A stretch of DNA of 64,000 nt, taken from NCBI GenBank assembly GCA_000092065.1, contig CP000589.1; one strand, 5' to 3'. This document shows, one piece after another, positions 9,202 through 18,562 of this stretch; position 1 is the first letter of the stretch, and each line of letters starts with the position of its first letter. The notes below the pieces were generated by a model. It ran no database searches. It saw nothing but the letters and a program-made list of their open reading frames with translations, and was not told where the DNA came from. The translations under genes and the position numbers were made by a program. The stretch is from Ostreococcus lucimarinus. Its lineage: Eukaryota.

Positions 9202-10908
9202 ATGGGAGACGGCGGCGCCGATCCGAAGGCGCCCGAGGGGTTTGAAGTCATTCGAGAAGGATGGGCGCGGGCGCTGCAGCGCGCGGGCGGCGACGACGTG
9301 TTTTATAATAAGCCGCAAGTGGTCAATCGCGATCTGTCGCTGGCGGTGATACGTGAATTTCAGAAAGTGCGAGCGACAGAGCACGCGAACGGGCAGTCGA
9401 AGCGGAATAAACGGGCGAAAGGGGCGATGTGTTTGACGCCGAGGGACGACGCGTTGCTGCCGCGTTTGCTCGACGAGGACGACAGAGCGGCGTTGTTTCG
9501 AAGCGCGGAGGAACATCGCGCGTGGGCGGCGGCGCAGGAAGAGGAACGCGCGAAAAATGGCGAATCAGCGGCGGGTGAGGAGAAAGCTGTGAAGCCGTTG
9601 AGGGATATTACGATTCTGGAAGGGATGTCGGCGACGGGATTGCGAGCGTTGCGATACGCGCAAGAGCTCGAAAACGTGGGGTGCGTGGTGGCGAATGACA
9701 TGGATCCCACGGCCGCGGAGGCGATCGAGAGAAACAAAGCGTACAACGCGCTTTGCTCACCGGATAAGGCGGAGGCGATCTCGCGAGTGATTCCCCACAA
9801 CGAAGACGTGCGAATGGTGTGCATGAAGCATGAAAAAATGTTTGACGTCGTCGACTTGGATCCGTACGGAACGCCATCGACGCTCCTGGACAGCGCGGTG
9901 ACGTCGGTGAAAGAGGGAGGACTTTTGCTCGTCACCGCTACCGATATGGCGGTGCTTTGCGGGAACAACGCCGAGGTCGCTTGGGCCAAGTATCAGTCGT
10001 ATCCGCTTCGTGCAAAGTATTGTCACGAAATGGCGGTTCGTACGCTCTTGGCGGCGGTGGAAAACGCCGCGATCAAGCACCGACGGCACATCGTTCCCGT
10101 GATTTCGTTATCGATCGACTTTTACATCCGTGTCTTCGTTCGCGTATACACGAGCCCGCTGCAAATGAAACAGACGCCGAGCAAGCTCAGCTACGTGTTT
10201 CAGTGCGTCGGTTGCGACGCGCACGAGCTCCAAGCCGTCGGTCGTCAGCAGACGAAAGGTAACGTCACCAAATATCAGCCCGGCGTCGGACCCGTGGTGC
10301 CGCAGCGATGTTCTAGCTGTGGATGGCACTATAACATGGGTGGTCCGATCTGGAGCGACCCAATCCACGACAAGACGTGGGTCACCAACGTCAAGAGCGA
10401 ACTCGAGCGAAACAAGGATGCGTACCCGGGGTACGGGAAAGTGCACGCGCTGCTCACGATGGCGAGCGAAGAGCTTTTGGACGTACCGTTGCACTACGAC
10501 TTACACGCCATGGGTGGAACGCTGAAGGCTACGCCACCGAGCTTTTGGTTGTTCAAGTCAGCCGTCATGAACGCCGGGTATCGCGTGAGCGGAAGCCACT
10601 CAAACCCGCTCGCGATTAAAACCGACGCCCCGGTGGACGTGCTTTGGGACATCCTACGATGCTGGGTGAAGGAGCACCCGGTGAAGCCGCAGTCGTCGCC
10701 GACACCAGGGGAAGCGATATTGGCCAAAGAACCGACGGTAATCGCGAATTGGACGCGACGCACCGAAGCTCAAAGCAAGGCGCAGAAAGACGGCGTGGCT
10801 CGGTTCCCGCAAAACCCGACGGCGGATTGGGGTCCGAAAAGACGCGCGGGCAAGTATCGCGAGGAAGAATTAGAAGCCAAACGGCGAAAAGAAGAAGAGG
10901 AAGATTAG
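9202..10908 (+). CDS. TRM1: tRNA (guanine26-N2)-dimethyltransferase TRM1
   Basis: MGDGGADPKAPEGFEVIREGWARALQRAGGDDVFYNKPQVVNRDLSLAVI...ILEGMSATGLRALRYAQE...VVDLDPYGTPSTLLDSAV...LLLVTATDMAVLCG, plus the C-terminal Cys cluster CVGCDAHE...CSSCGW. This is the canonical TRM1 SAM-methyltransferase fold. The ORF-track start at 8536 is an antisense artefact. Confidence 0.85.
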   Translation: MGDGGADPKAPEGFEVIREGWARALQRAGGDDVFYNKPQVVNRDLSLAVIREFQKVRATEHANGQSKRNKRAKGAMCLTPRDDALLPRLLDEDDRAALFRSAEEHRAWAAAQEEERAKNGESAAGEEKAVKPLRDITILEGMSATGLRALRYAQELENVGCVVANDMDPTAAEAIERNKAYNALCSPDKAEAISRVIPHNEDVRMVCMKHEKMFDVVDLDPYGTPSTLLDSAVTSVKEGGLLLVTATDMAVLCGNNAEVAWAKYQSYPLRAKYCHEMAVRTLLAAVENAAIKHRRHIVPVISLSIDFYIRVFVRVYTSPLQMKQTPSKLSYVFQCVGCDAHELQAVGRQQTKGNVTKYQPGVGPVVPQRCSSCGWHYNMGGPIWSDPIHDKTWVTNVKSELERNKDAYPGYGKVHALLTMASEELLDVPLHYDLHAMGGTLKATPPSFWLFKSAVMNAGYRVSGSHSNPLAIKTDAPVDVLWDILRCWVKEHPVKPQSSPTPGEAILAKEPTVIANWTRRTEAQSKAQKDGVARFPQNPTADWGPKRRAGKYREEELEAKRRKEEEED

Positions 10909-10940
10909 AAGAAAGTTTTGTCATGCACAAATAAGGGTAG

Positions 10941-11708
10941 TCAAACAAAGAAGACTTCGTTCGACAAGAAGGATGCAAACTCGAGAGGTTTCGCGATGAG
11001 GGCGCGATGCGGATGTGCGCCGCCGCCGTCCCACCAGCGGCTGCAAAACGCGCCCGTGGTGTGCTCAGACCATCGCGCAATCATTTCGCGTGTCGTTCGC
11101 GTGTCATTTTCGATACCGATCGCCGTCAAAGGCACGTGTACTTTCTCGGTCGATCCCTCATACGATTCGCTCATTCGGAAGTCCTCTCGAAAGGGAGCGA
11201 TCAACGACGTGGACACGCATCGTAACTCGTCACTCACGCCGTAGCGCCGCTCGAACGCTGCCCAAAATGCGTCGTCAGTTTCCAACTCTGACAGTCGAGG
11301 CGTCTCGACGTCGGTATCGTTGAGCCAGTGCCCCAAACATGGCGCTCTGGCGGCCGACACGTACACGCCCGAGACGCGCTCGCCGAGCGCTCGAGCGCAT
11401 TCAAACGCGATCCACGCTCCGGCGCTATGTCCGTACAAATAAAGCGATTCACCTTTCGAGACGCACCCATGTTCGACGATGCGACGCGCAACATCTCTCG
11501 CAAAATCGACAACACTCCATCTCAGAGTTTCTACCTCCGGAACGCATCGCCTCCACCGGCATGGTTTGTCGACGGCGAAGCATCGCGCGTCGACGGCGCG
11601 CGTGAAATCTCCATTAAAGCACGACGCCGTCGCCCCCGCGGGCGGAAAGCAAACTAGAACCCGATCCATGTTCTGTTTTGCCGGCTGACACGTCACCAGG
11701 TCCGCCAT
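10941..11708 (-). CDS. Type-II thioesterase-like alpha/beta hydrolase (stand-alone editing-thioesterase family)
   Basis: 255 aa. LVCFPPAGATASCF (type-II TE N-terminal motif, compare LFCFPHAGGSAS) and the nucleophile elbow LYGHSAGAW (GHSxG). Real ATG at 11706-11708. Convergent with TRM1, with 32 bp between the stop codons. Confidence 0.55.
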   Translation of the reverse strand: MADLVTCQPAKQNMDRVLVCFPPAGATASCFNGDFTRAVDARCFAVDKPCRWRRCVPEVETLRWSVVDFARDVARRIVEHGCVSKGESLYLYGHSAGAWIAFECARALGERVSGVYVSAARAPCLGHWLNDTDVETPRLSELETDDAFWAAFERRYGVSDELRCVSTSLIAPFREDFRMSESYEGSTEKVHVPLTAIGIENDTRTTREMIARWSEHTTGAFCSRWWDGGGAHPHRALIAKPLEFASFLSNEVFFV

Positions 11709-11865
11709 CTCCGATCGTCGGCGTCGTCAAATGTCGCGTCGAGTCGGCGACGCGACTCGCGTTCGCGTCGCCGACTCGCGGCGTCGCCCATCGCCCATCG
11801 CCCATCGCCCGCGCGCGCCGACGCTCGAGCGCATTCGCGTCCGCGATCGGCGCCGTCCGACGAAC

Positions 11866-12060
11866 TCACGTCTTCCGCCTCGAGACGCGTCGGCGCGCGT
11901 CCCGTCGCGTCGTCGTCGCGTCGTCGTCGTCGCGCGCGTTCAAACCGTCGCTCGGCCAATCCTGCGGCGACGACGCGCGCGTGAAGAGCGCGAGCGCGCT
12001 CGCGACGATCGCGAGCGCGGCGGTGACGATCGCGATGTACTTGCGGAGCGGACACGCCAT
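11866..12060 (-). CDS. Hypothetical small protein with one predicted N-terminal transmembrane helix
   Basis: 64 aa, real ATG at 12058-12060: MACPLRKYIAIVTAALAIVASALALFTRASSPQDWPSDG... followed by a charged tail. It sits in the 500-bp gap between the aspartokinase-homoserine dehydrogenase stop and the thioesterase start, on the same strand. No homology recognised. Confidence 0.25.
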   Translation of the reverse strand: MACPLRKYIAIVTAALAIVASALALFTRASSPQDWPSDGLNARDDDDATTTRRDARRRVSRRKT

Positions 12061-12213
12061 CGCGATGGCGTGTGCGGACGGGGAGGGGTCGATGTGATTC
12101 GGGACGCGCGTCCCGGCGACGGCGCGGCGGAATCGACGTCCGATATGTGATGATTAATAAAGGAGGTTACGCGCTGTTCGCTAGTGGTGATCGAAAACGA
12201 TCGTGGGAAATAA

Positions 12214-14916
12214 TTATGACGGAGCGCCGAGGTAGGCGCACACGCGCAAGATGTCGCCGAAGACGCCGCCGGCGGTGACCTCGGCGCCGGCGCCCGGACC
12301 GCGAACGACTAAGGGTCCAGCGGACGTGTAATACTTTGTGGTGAAGGAGACGATGTTGTCGCTGCCCTTGAGCTGAGCGAACGGATGGTCGGCGGGGTAA
12401 CGACGGAGTTCGACCGAGCCCGTGCCGTTCTTGACGTCGACGACACCGACGAAGCACAAGACTTCGCCCGCGGCGGCGGCTTCTTCTTGCTTGGACAAAA
12501 TATCGCCGTCGTACTTGGGAAGCTCCTTCATGAACTCATCCACGCTTTCGATGTCACGCAACGGCTCGGGAACGAGAGATTGAATCGGGACATCGCTGAG
12601 CTCGATGTTCAAACCGCATTCGCGCGCCAAGATGGTCACCTTGCGAGCGACGTCCATACCGCTCAAGTCGTCGCGGGGATCGGGTTCGGTGTATCCCGCT
12701 TCCTTGGCCTGCGCCACGATGTCGCTGAACTTCTTGCCCGGTTCCAAGGTGTTGAAGATGTAAGAAAGCGTACCGGAGAAGATGCCTTCGATGCGCTCGA
12801 CCTTGTCGCCCGAGTTTCGCAGGCTTTGAAGCGTGGCGATGATGGGCAAGCCGGCGCCGACGGTGCCTTCATAAAAGTAGTGCGTGTACGAATTACGTTG
12901 AATGGAACGCAATTCCTTGTAATACGCGAGCGGTCCGCTGTTCGCCTTCTTATTCGGCGTGACGACGTGCAATCCCTTGGACAACCACTCCTTGTAGTGA
13001 CCCGCGACGACGTCGGAGGCGGAGCAGTCGACGATGATTTGGTTTGGCGCCTCCGACTCGAGCACGTGCTTTGTGAAGTCGTCCATGTTCGCCTGCACAC
13101 CACTAGCGTATTCGTCTTCCCACGAATCTAAGTCGATCGCACCGTCGCTGAGCAACATCTTACGACCGCCCGTGATGGCAACCACGCGCAGTTCAACCGC
13201 AAACTCGTCTTGGAGCGTTTCGAGTTGTTCCTTCATTTGGCGAAGCAACGTCTTGCCGACGAGGCCTGGTCCCACGAGACCGACGCTAATCGCGGTCTTG
13301 GAGAGGTAGAATCGACCATGAGCGGCTTGAAGGGCCTTATTGACGTCCTTCTTGGAGACGACGACCGTGATGTTGTACTCGGACGCCCCTTGCGCGATGG
13401 CGATGACGTTGACGGCGCTCTGCGCCAGCGCTTCAAACAACATCGCCGACACGCCCGGCGTTTGGCACATGTTCTGCCCGACGATGGCCAAGATGGAACA
13501 ATCCTTCAAAGGGAGGATTCGAGAGATGCGACCGGCGGCGATGGCTTTCTCGAACGTCTTGTTGAGCGCCGCGACTGCCGCGTCCGCCTCGTGCGAGCGA
13601 ACCGCAAAGCAAATGGAGTGCTCCGAGGAAGCTTGAGAAATCATAACCACGTTGCAGCCAGCTTCCTTGACGGCTTTGAACACAGTGTTGGCCGTGCCCG
13701 GCACACCAACCATGCCCGTACCCTCGACGTTGATGAGGCACACGTCGTCGATGGTGGCGATACCCTTGACGAGCTCGCCGCTCATGTCGCGAGTCTCAAA
13801 CTTGCCGACGTTGCCCTCATCCCCGGCGGGCAGCGGGCACGCCATGCCGATGGACGTCCCTGGCGCGGCTTGGTTGAAGTAGTTGCGCAACGTGACTGGG
13901 ATGTTGTACTTCATCGCCGGTAAAGTCGTGCGCGGGTGGAGAACGTTGGCGCCAAAGTACGCGAGTTCCCACGCTTCGTTGTAGGAAATCGAGTTCAGGC
14001 ACTTGGCCCCCTTCACGCGGCGAGGATCGGCGCTGAATACGCCATCGACGTCGGTCCAGATGGTGATATTTCTCGCTTGCGTGAGCGCACCGAAAATTGT
14101 GGCGGAGTAATCGGAACCGTTACGTTTGAGCGTCGTCGGCACGCCCTCCGGCGTCCTCGCGATGAAACCAGTCACCATGACCACGGCGCCCTCTTGCATA
14201 TGCTCGTCGTACCACTTATCCAAGTTCGCGTTGGACAAGCTGTAGTCGACGTCCACGCCGCCGTCCTCGGATTCTGTGACGACGAGAATGTCTCGCGCGT
14301 CGATCCAGACCGCCTTGCCCCCCTTGCAGCGAATCGTCGCCGCGCACAAGCGCGCCGTCCAGAGCTCTCCGTGTCCGACGACGAAATCCCCGAACGCATC
14401 GGTCGAGCAACCGGCGATGTAAATAGCCTTAAACATCGCTCGTAAATCGTTCAATTCCTCGTTGAACGCCGCGATGTACGCGTCGTACTCGGCTTTATCC
14501 GTCAACAAAGCCTTCGCCGTGGACACGTGCTTATCCTCGAGCTTCGTCAACTCCGCCGCGTACGTATCGTCCCGTTTCGCCGCCATATCCGTCGCGTTTA
14601 TCAAGCAATCCGTCACCTTTGGTTCACCCTTCACCGCGACGCCCATCGCGGACACGATCCCCATCGTCAACTTGGAATCATTCTTCATCAAGAGCTCGCA
14701 CACGCCGCCGATGCGCTCCGCGCTCCCGACGCACGTCCCCCCGAACCTATCGTCGAACCGTTCGCCAGCCGTCAGTCTTCGCGCGCCGCGTCGCGTTCGT
14801 GCCCTTCCCCAAATCACCCGACCGTCGTCGTCGCGCGTCGCGCGCGCCCTCGCGCGCGCCCTCGCCGCGTCCGCGTCCCGTCCCGCCCTCGCGTTCAGGT
14901 TTTCCCCGCGGATCAT
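12214..14916 (-). CDS. AKHSD: Bifunctional aspartokinase / homoserine dehydrogenase (chloroplast type)
   Basis: RFGGTCVGSAERI...KVTD (AK N-terminus), VSAMGV, ACT-domain region, then HSD motifs LVGPGLVGKTLL...VDCSASD...HVVTPNKKA...YEGTVGAGLPII...GIFSGTLSYIFN...EPDPRDDLSGMDVARKV...FVGVVD. Start taken at MIRGENL (ATG 14914-14916), giving 900 aa. The longer listed ORF (to 16377) is antisense to the MATE gene. Confidence 0.9.
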   Translation of the reverse strand: MIRGENLNARAGRDADAARARARARATRDDDGRVIWGRARTRRGARRLTAGERFDDRFGGTCVGSAERIGGVCELLMKNDSKLTMGIVSAMGVAVKGEPKVTDCLINATDMAAKRDDTYAAELTKLEDKHVSTAKALLTDKAEYDAYIAAFNEELNDLRAMFKAIYIAGCSTDAFGDFVVGHGELWTARLCAATIRCKGGKAVWIDARDILVVTESEDGGVDVDYSLSNANLDKWYDEHMQEGAVVMVTGFIARTPEGVPTTLKRNGSDYSATIFGALTQARNITIWTDVDGVFSADPRRVKGAKCLNSISYNEAWELAYFGANVLHPRTTLPAMKYNIPVTLRNYFNQAAPGTSIGMACPLPAGDEGNVGKFETRDMSGELVKGIATIDDVCLINVEGTGMVGVPGTANTVFKAVKEAGCNVVMISQASSEHSICFAVRSHEADAAVAALNKTFEKAIAAGRISRILPLKDCSILAIVGQNMCQTPGVSAMLFEALAQSAVNVIAIAQGASEYNITVVVSKKDVNKALQAAHGRFYLSKTAISVGLVGPGLVGKTLLRQMKEQLETLQDEFAVELRVVAITGGRKMLLSDGAIDLDSWEDEYASGVQANMDDFTKHVLESEAPNQIIVDCSASDVVAGHYKEWLSKGLHVVTPNKKANSGPLAYYKELRSIQRNSYTHYFYEGTVGAGLPIIATLQSLRNSGDKVERIEGIFSGTLSYIFNTLEPGKKFSDIVAQAKEAGYTEPDPRDDLSGMDVARKVTILARECGLNIELSDVPIQSLVPEPLRDIESVDEFMKELPKYDGDILSKQEEAAAAGEVLCFVGVVDVKNGTGSVELRRYPADHPFAQLKGSDNIVSFTTKYYTSAGPLVVRGPGAGAEVTAGGVFGDILRVCAYLGAPS

Positions 14917-15427
14917 CCATCGCGCGCGCTGTCCCGCGTCGCGTCCGTCGCGCGCGCCCTCTCGCGCGGTCGCGCGTCGCGAATCATCGTCCCGCATCGC
15001 GCGCCGTCGTTCGCACGCACTTGTGCACGTCCCAATCGCTTCCGCGCGGGATCGCCGCGCGCGTCTCGAGGTTTCGCCGCGTCGTCGTCGCGCGCGGCGC
15101 GCCTCGCGCGTCGAGCGCGCGCCGGCGCGCGAGCGCGCGTCGCGACGCGACGGGCGCCGTTCGGTGCGACGCGTGTGCGGACATGGCGCTCGGCGGCGTC
15201 CGCGCGGCGGAGTGTCGCGCGCGCGCCGGCGCGCGCGCGCGGGATGGCGTAGCTTTGTATGGGTAAACAGTGTGCGTGTATGGATATCCGCGGTCGGTCG
15301 GACGCGAACGGTCGCGCGACGCCGCCGACGACGACGACGGCGACGCGCGCGCGCACTCCGCGACGCGGTCGACGGCGCGGCGCGCACCGCGAGCGTCCGC
15401 GCGCGCGCGTCGGCGCTCGACCGCGCG

Positions 15428-17158
15428 ATGCTCGCGCGCGTCGGCGTCGGCGTCGGCGCGCGACCGCGCGGCGGCGGCTCGGGGACGGGACGCGCGACGC
15501 GACGCGCGGCGACGGCGACGCGAGGACGCGCGAACGGACGAACGCGCGACGAAACGCGCGGTTTTGGCGCGCGCGCGCGCGCGCGCGTCGCGGTCGCGAA
15601 GACGCGAGCGCGCGAAGGGGCGACGCGAGGCGGGACGCGCGGCGACGGGACGCGACGCGAGGCGACGCGCGACGACGACGACGCGAGGACGCGCGATGCG
15701 GGCGGCGCGGACTCGGTGAAGGGCGCGCGCGGTGAGGACGCGCGCGATGGACGATTGCCGACGATCCCGCGAGGGACGTACGCGTCGCTGGCGACGGCGC
15801 TCGTGGCGCTCGGTTTTCCGGCGCTGTTGAACAGCGTGAACGAACCGGTGGTGTCGCTGTTGGAGACCGTGCTCGTGGCCAGGGTCGGGACGGTGTTTTT
15901 AGCCGCGCTCGCGCCGGCGTCGGCGTTGTTCGGGCTCGTCGAGGAGGTGTGCTTCGCGTTTAGCGTCGTGGTGACGACGGCGGTGAGTTCGGCGCGCGCC
16001 GAGTTTGAAGACGTCGACGCCGCGGTGCCGGAACGCGTGAAACAGACGGTGAGCATGAGCGTGATGGCGTCGTTCATCGCCGGTCTCGGGCTTGCGATCG
16101 GACTGCAAGCGCTGTACGGACCCATTTGCAAAATTATGGTGGTGCCGCGAGAGGTCGAGGCGCTGTTGCGCTCGTACACGGTGTTGCGGTGCGCGGGATT
16201 GCCCATGTTCGGCGCCGCAAACGCGCTCGAGGGGGTGTTTCTCGGAAGCAAAGACGCGCTGACGCCCATGACCGGATGGCTCGTCGCCGGTGTCATCACC
16301 GTCGCGCTGCAGCTGTTCTTCATTACACCGCAGATGAGCGCAAACGCGGCGGTGCGTTGGGCGGGCATCGCCCTCACCGTGGGTCAGACGTTCATTTTCT
16401 TCTATCTGTGGAAGATTGCGCATGGGCGCGGATTATTTTCAATGCGAAGCGTGTTCAAGGGCGCCGAGAGCGTGGGCGCGGCGATCGCGCGCTTGTACAG
16501 GCGTCTTGAGGAGGAGCACATCGCGAGCGAGTTTCGGTGGTTGGTACTGAGCGCGACGGCGCGTATGACGACGTACGTCATCATCACCTCGTGTGCCACG
16601 AATCTCGGGGTGATTTCTGCGGCGGTCAATAAGACGTTGCTGGATCTGTATATTTTATTAGGGTTATGTGCCGAGCCAGTGTTCACCGTCGGCAACGTCT
16701 TATTGCCGAGGAAGAGACGCAGTCTCGTCGAGGTCTTGACGTACCGACGCGCGCTGTTTTACGTCGCGCTGTTCATGGGGTTCACGCTCGCATGCTTGGC
16801 GTACATCCTTTGCGGCTCAACTTTGCTCTCGCACGATCCACACGTCCACGCAGTGGCGACCTCAATGCGGAGCTTGGTCGCGGTGACAATCGGTTTGTCC
16901 ACCGCGGCGTACGCCACCGACGGCTGCGTCATCGGTCTCGGCGGGGCCAGCTTCGTCGGTGCGGCGCAGATGATCAACACATCAATATTTGTGTTGGTTT
17001 TCATCGCGTTCAGGACGATTTACGGCGCCGCGACATCGCTCCAGCACCTCTGGCTGGCGCTCTTGCTGTTCCAGGCGCTCCGCCTGGCGGAGCACGTTTG
17101 GAAATTACGCCACGACGAGCGCGCGCTCGCGTTTCCTCGCACCGCCGCCTTGGCGTAG
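15428..17158 (+). CDS. MATE (multidrug and toxic compound extrusion) family transporter
   Basis: 12 predicted TM helices with MATE-like repeats (ALLNSVNEPVVSLLETVLVARVGT..., GLPMFGAANALEGVFLGSKDALTPM...). Start at MLARVG (ATG 15428), followed by an R/G-rich presequence. Divergent from the aspartokinase-homoserine dehydrogenase gene, with ~510 bp between the start codons. Confidence 0.8.
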   Translation: MLARVGVGVGARPRGGGSGTGRATRRAATATRGRANGRTRDETRGFGARARARVAVAKTRAREGATRGGTRGDGTRREATRDDDDARTRDAGGADSVKGARGEDARDGRLPTIPRGTYASLATALVALGFPALLNSVNEPVVSLLETVLVARVGTVFLAALAPASALFGLVEEVCFAFSVVVTTAVSSARAEFEDVDAAVPERVKQTVSMSVMASFIAGLGLAIGLQALYGPICKIMVVPREVEALLRSYTVLRCAGLPMFGAANALEGVFLGSKDALTPMTGWLVAGVITVALQLFFITPQMSANAAVRWAGIALTVGQTFIFFYLWKIAHGRGLFSMRSVFKGAESVGAAIARLYRRLEEEHIASEFRWLVLSATARMTTYVIITSCATNLGVISAAVNKTLLDLYILLGLCAEPVFTVGNVLLPRKRRSLVEVLTYRRALFYVALFMGFTLACLAYILCGSTLLSHDPHVHAVATSMRSLVAVTIGLSTAAYATDGCVIGLGGASFVGAAQMINTSIFVLVFIAFRTIYGAATSLQHLWLALLLFQALRLAEHVWKLRHDERALAFPRTAALA

Positions 17159-17252
17159 TCGACATCGACGGCATCGCCGCCTCGACGCGTAGACGTCTCT
17201 CGCATTTGCCGGTTTTATAATATTGTTCAACGTTGCTGTAGTCGCCCGCGCG

Positions 17253-17315
17253 CCCCGACACACGCCCGACACGCGCCCGACACACGCCCGACACGCGCGA
17301 ACGCCCCGACACACC
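17253..17315. repeat. Degenerate tandem repeat (CCCGACACRCG)n, ~5 units, in the MATE 3' / DnaJ-Fd 5' intergenic region
   Basis: Seen directly: cgccccgacacacgcccgacacgcgcccgacacacgcccgacacgcgcgaacgccccgacacacc. Confidence 0.8.
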
Positions 17316-17372
17316 TCGCCGCTCCGGTCGCGCCCGCGCACCGCGGCGCGCCCGGTGACGCGAAAGGACGCG

Positions 17373-18506
17373 ATGCGATACCTCGCGGCGTCGCCGCGCG
17401 CGTTCGTCGATGCCGCGCCGACGACGACGTCGTCGCGTCAACGCTTCATCCGACGAACGCGCTCGGATATCACCGCGCGCGTGTTCGGTAACTTCACGCG
17501 ACGCCGCGACGACGCCGTGGAAGAGATGGCCATCGTGCCGAGCGAAAGCTCGGACGCGGACGACGACGCGCGCGGCTCGAAAGATTGGTCGAGGTCGAGG
17601 TCGTGGGAGGAAGGGGACGAGATGCCGGAGGCGTTGGCGAGCGCGATACCGAGCTGTTATTACAGCCTGTTGCAGGTCGACCCCGCGAGCGATCGCGATG
17701 AGATAAAAAAGAATTTTAGACAATTGTTGAAGGCGACGCACCCGGACGTCGCGGGAGAGGCGAGCGTGGAGATTTCTCGAATCATGAACGACGCATATAA
17801 AACGCTCCTGGACGACGTGAAGAGGGAGCTGTACGATCGAGATTTGGCCGAGTTGCGATACGCGATGGCGCTGGCGGGAGAACGCGCGAGCGAAGACTTT
17901 CGACCGTATACGGGAGAGGCGTTGAGTACATTCGTCGGGTCCGATCCGACGGGACAATCGCGCGCGGTGTTCGTAAACGAGTCGGTGTGCATCGGATGTC
18001 GCATGTGCAACCACAGCGCGGCGAAGACGTTCATGATGGAACAAGATTACGGACGCGCGCGCGCGTTTCAACAGTGGGCGGACAGCGAAGAGGACATTCA
18101 GATCGCCATAGACTCCTGTCCGGTGGACTGCATCTCGTGGGTCAACAAGAAGAATTTGCCCATACTCGAGTACGCGATGCAGACCATCGAACGCATCAAT
18201 ATCGCGTCGATGCGCGCTGGAAACGCGCGCGCCGCGGACCCTTTCGACATCGCCAACGGCATGATTCGCCGCGGCGAAGAAGCGAGGGCGCGCTTGGGTG
18301 ATTCGGGTGACACGCTCAACGGCATCGCCACCGTAGGTTCGCAAGCGCTCGCCATTCGCGAGGCGTGGCTCTTATTGAACGAATCCACGCGCGCGCGATG
18401 GCGCACGTACGCCTTAGCGCGCGCGAGCGTCGAGGACTCCTACGACGAATGCGACGACATCGATTGCGAGATCCCCAGCGCATCCATCGACGAAGATTTC
18501 GCGTAG
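17373..18506 (+). CDS. J-domain protein with a 4Fe-4S ferredoxin-type domain (chloroplast DnaJ-Fd family)
   Basis: J domain YYSLLQVDPASDRDEIKKNFRQLLKATHPD. Then CIGCRMCNHSAAKTF...SCPVDCISW, a bacterial-ferredoxin-type Cys cluster. Start at MRYLAASP (ATG 17373). Confidence 0.75.
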   Translation: MRYLAASPRAFVDAAPTTTSSRQRFIRRTRSDITARVFGNFTRRRDDAVEEMAIVPSESSDADDDARGSKDWSRSRSWEEGDEMPEALASAIPSCYYSLLQVDPASDRDEIKKNFRQLLKATHPDVAGEASVEISRIMNDAYKTLLDDVKRELYDRDLAELRYAMALAGERASEDFRPYTGEALSTFVGSDPTGQSRAVFVNESVCIGCRMCNHSAAKTFMMEQDYGRARAFQQWADSEEDIQIAIDSCPVDCISWVNKKNLPILEYAMQTIERINIASMRAGNARAADPFDIANGMIRRGEEARARLGDSGDTLNGIATVGSQALAIREAWLLLNESTRARWRTYALARASVEDSYDECDDIDCEIPSASIDEDFA

Positions 18507-18562
18507 CGCGCCGTCGACCAACCTTGTACAAACCAAACCAAACCAACCAACCGCCGCACATC

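Noticed and set aside
8536-9251. Overlap of the long BRE1 ORF (to 9251, minus) and the long TRM1 ORF (from 8536, plus)
   Set aside because: Homology for each gene begins well inside its ORF (BRE1 at ~8696, TRM1 at 9202). The overlapping extensions are low-complexity mirror images of each other, so I treat 8697-9201 as a shared promoter region rather than overlapping coding sequence.
17010-18344. 444-aa minus-strand ORF antisense to the DnaJ-ferredoxin gene
   Set aside because: No recognisable domains and an R-rich composition. The sense strand carries clear J-domain and ferredoxin motifs.
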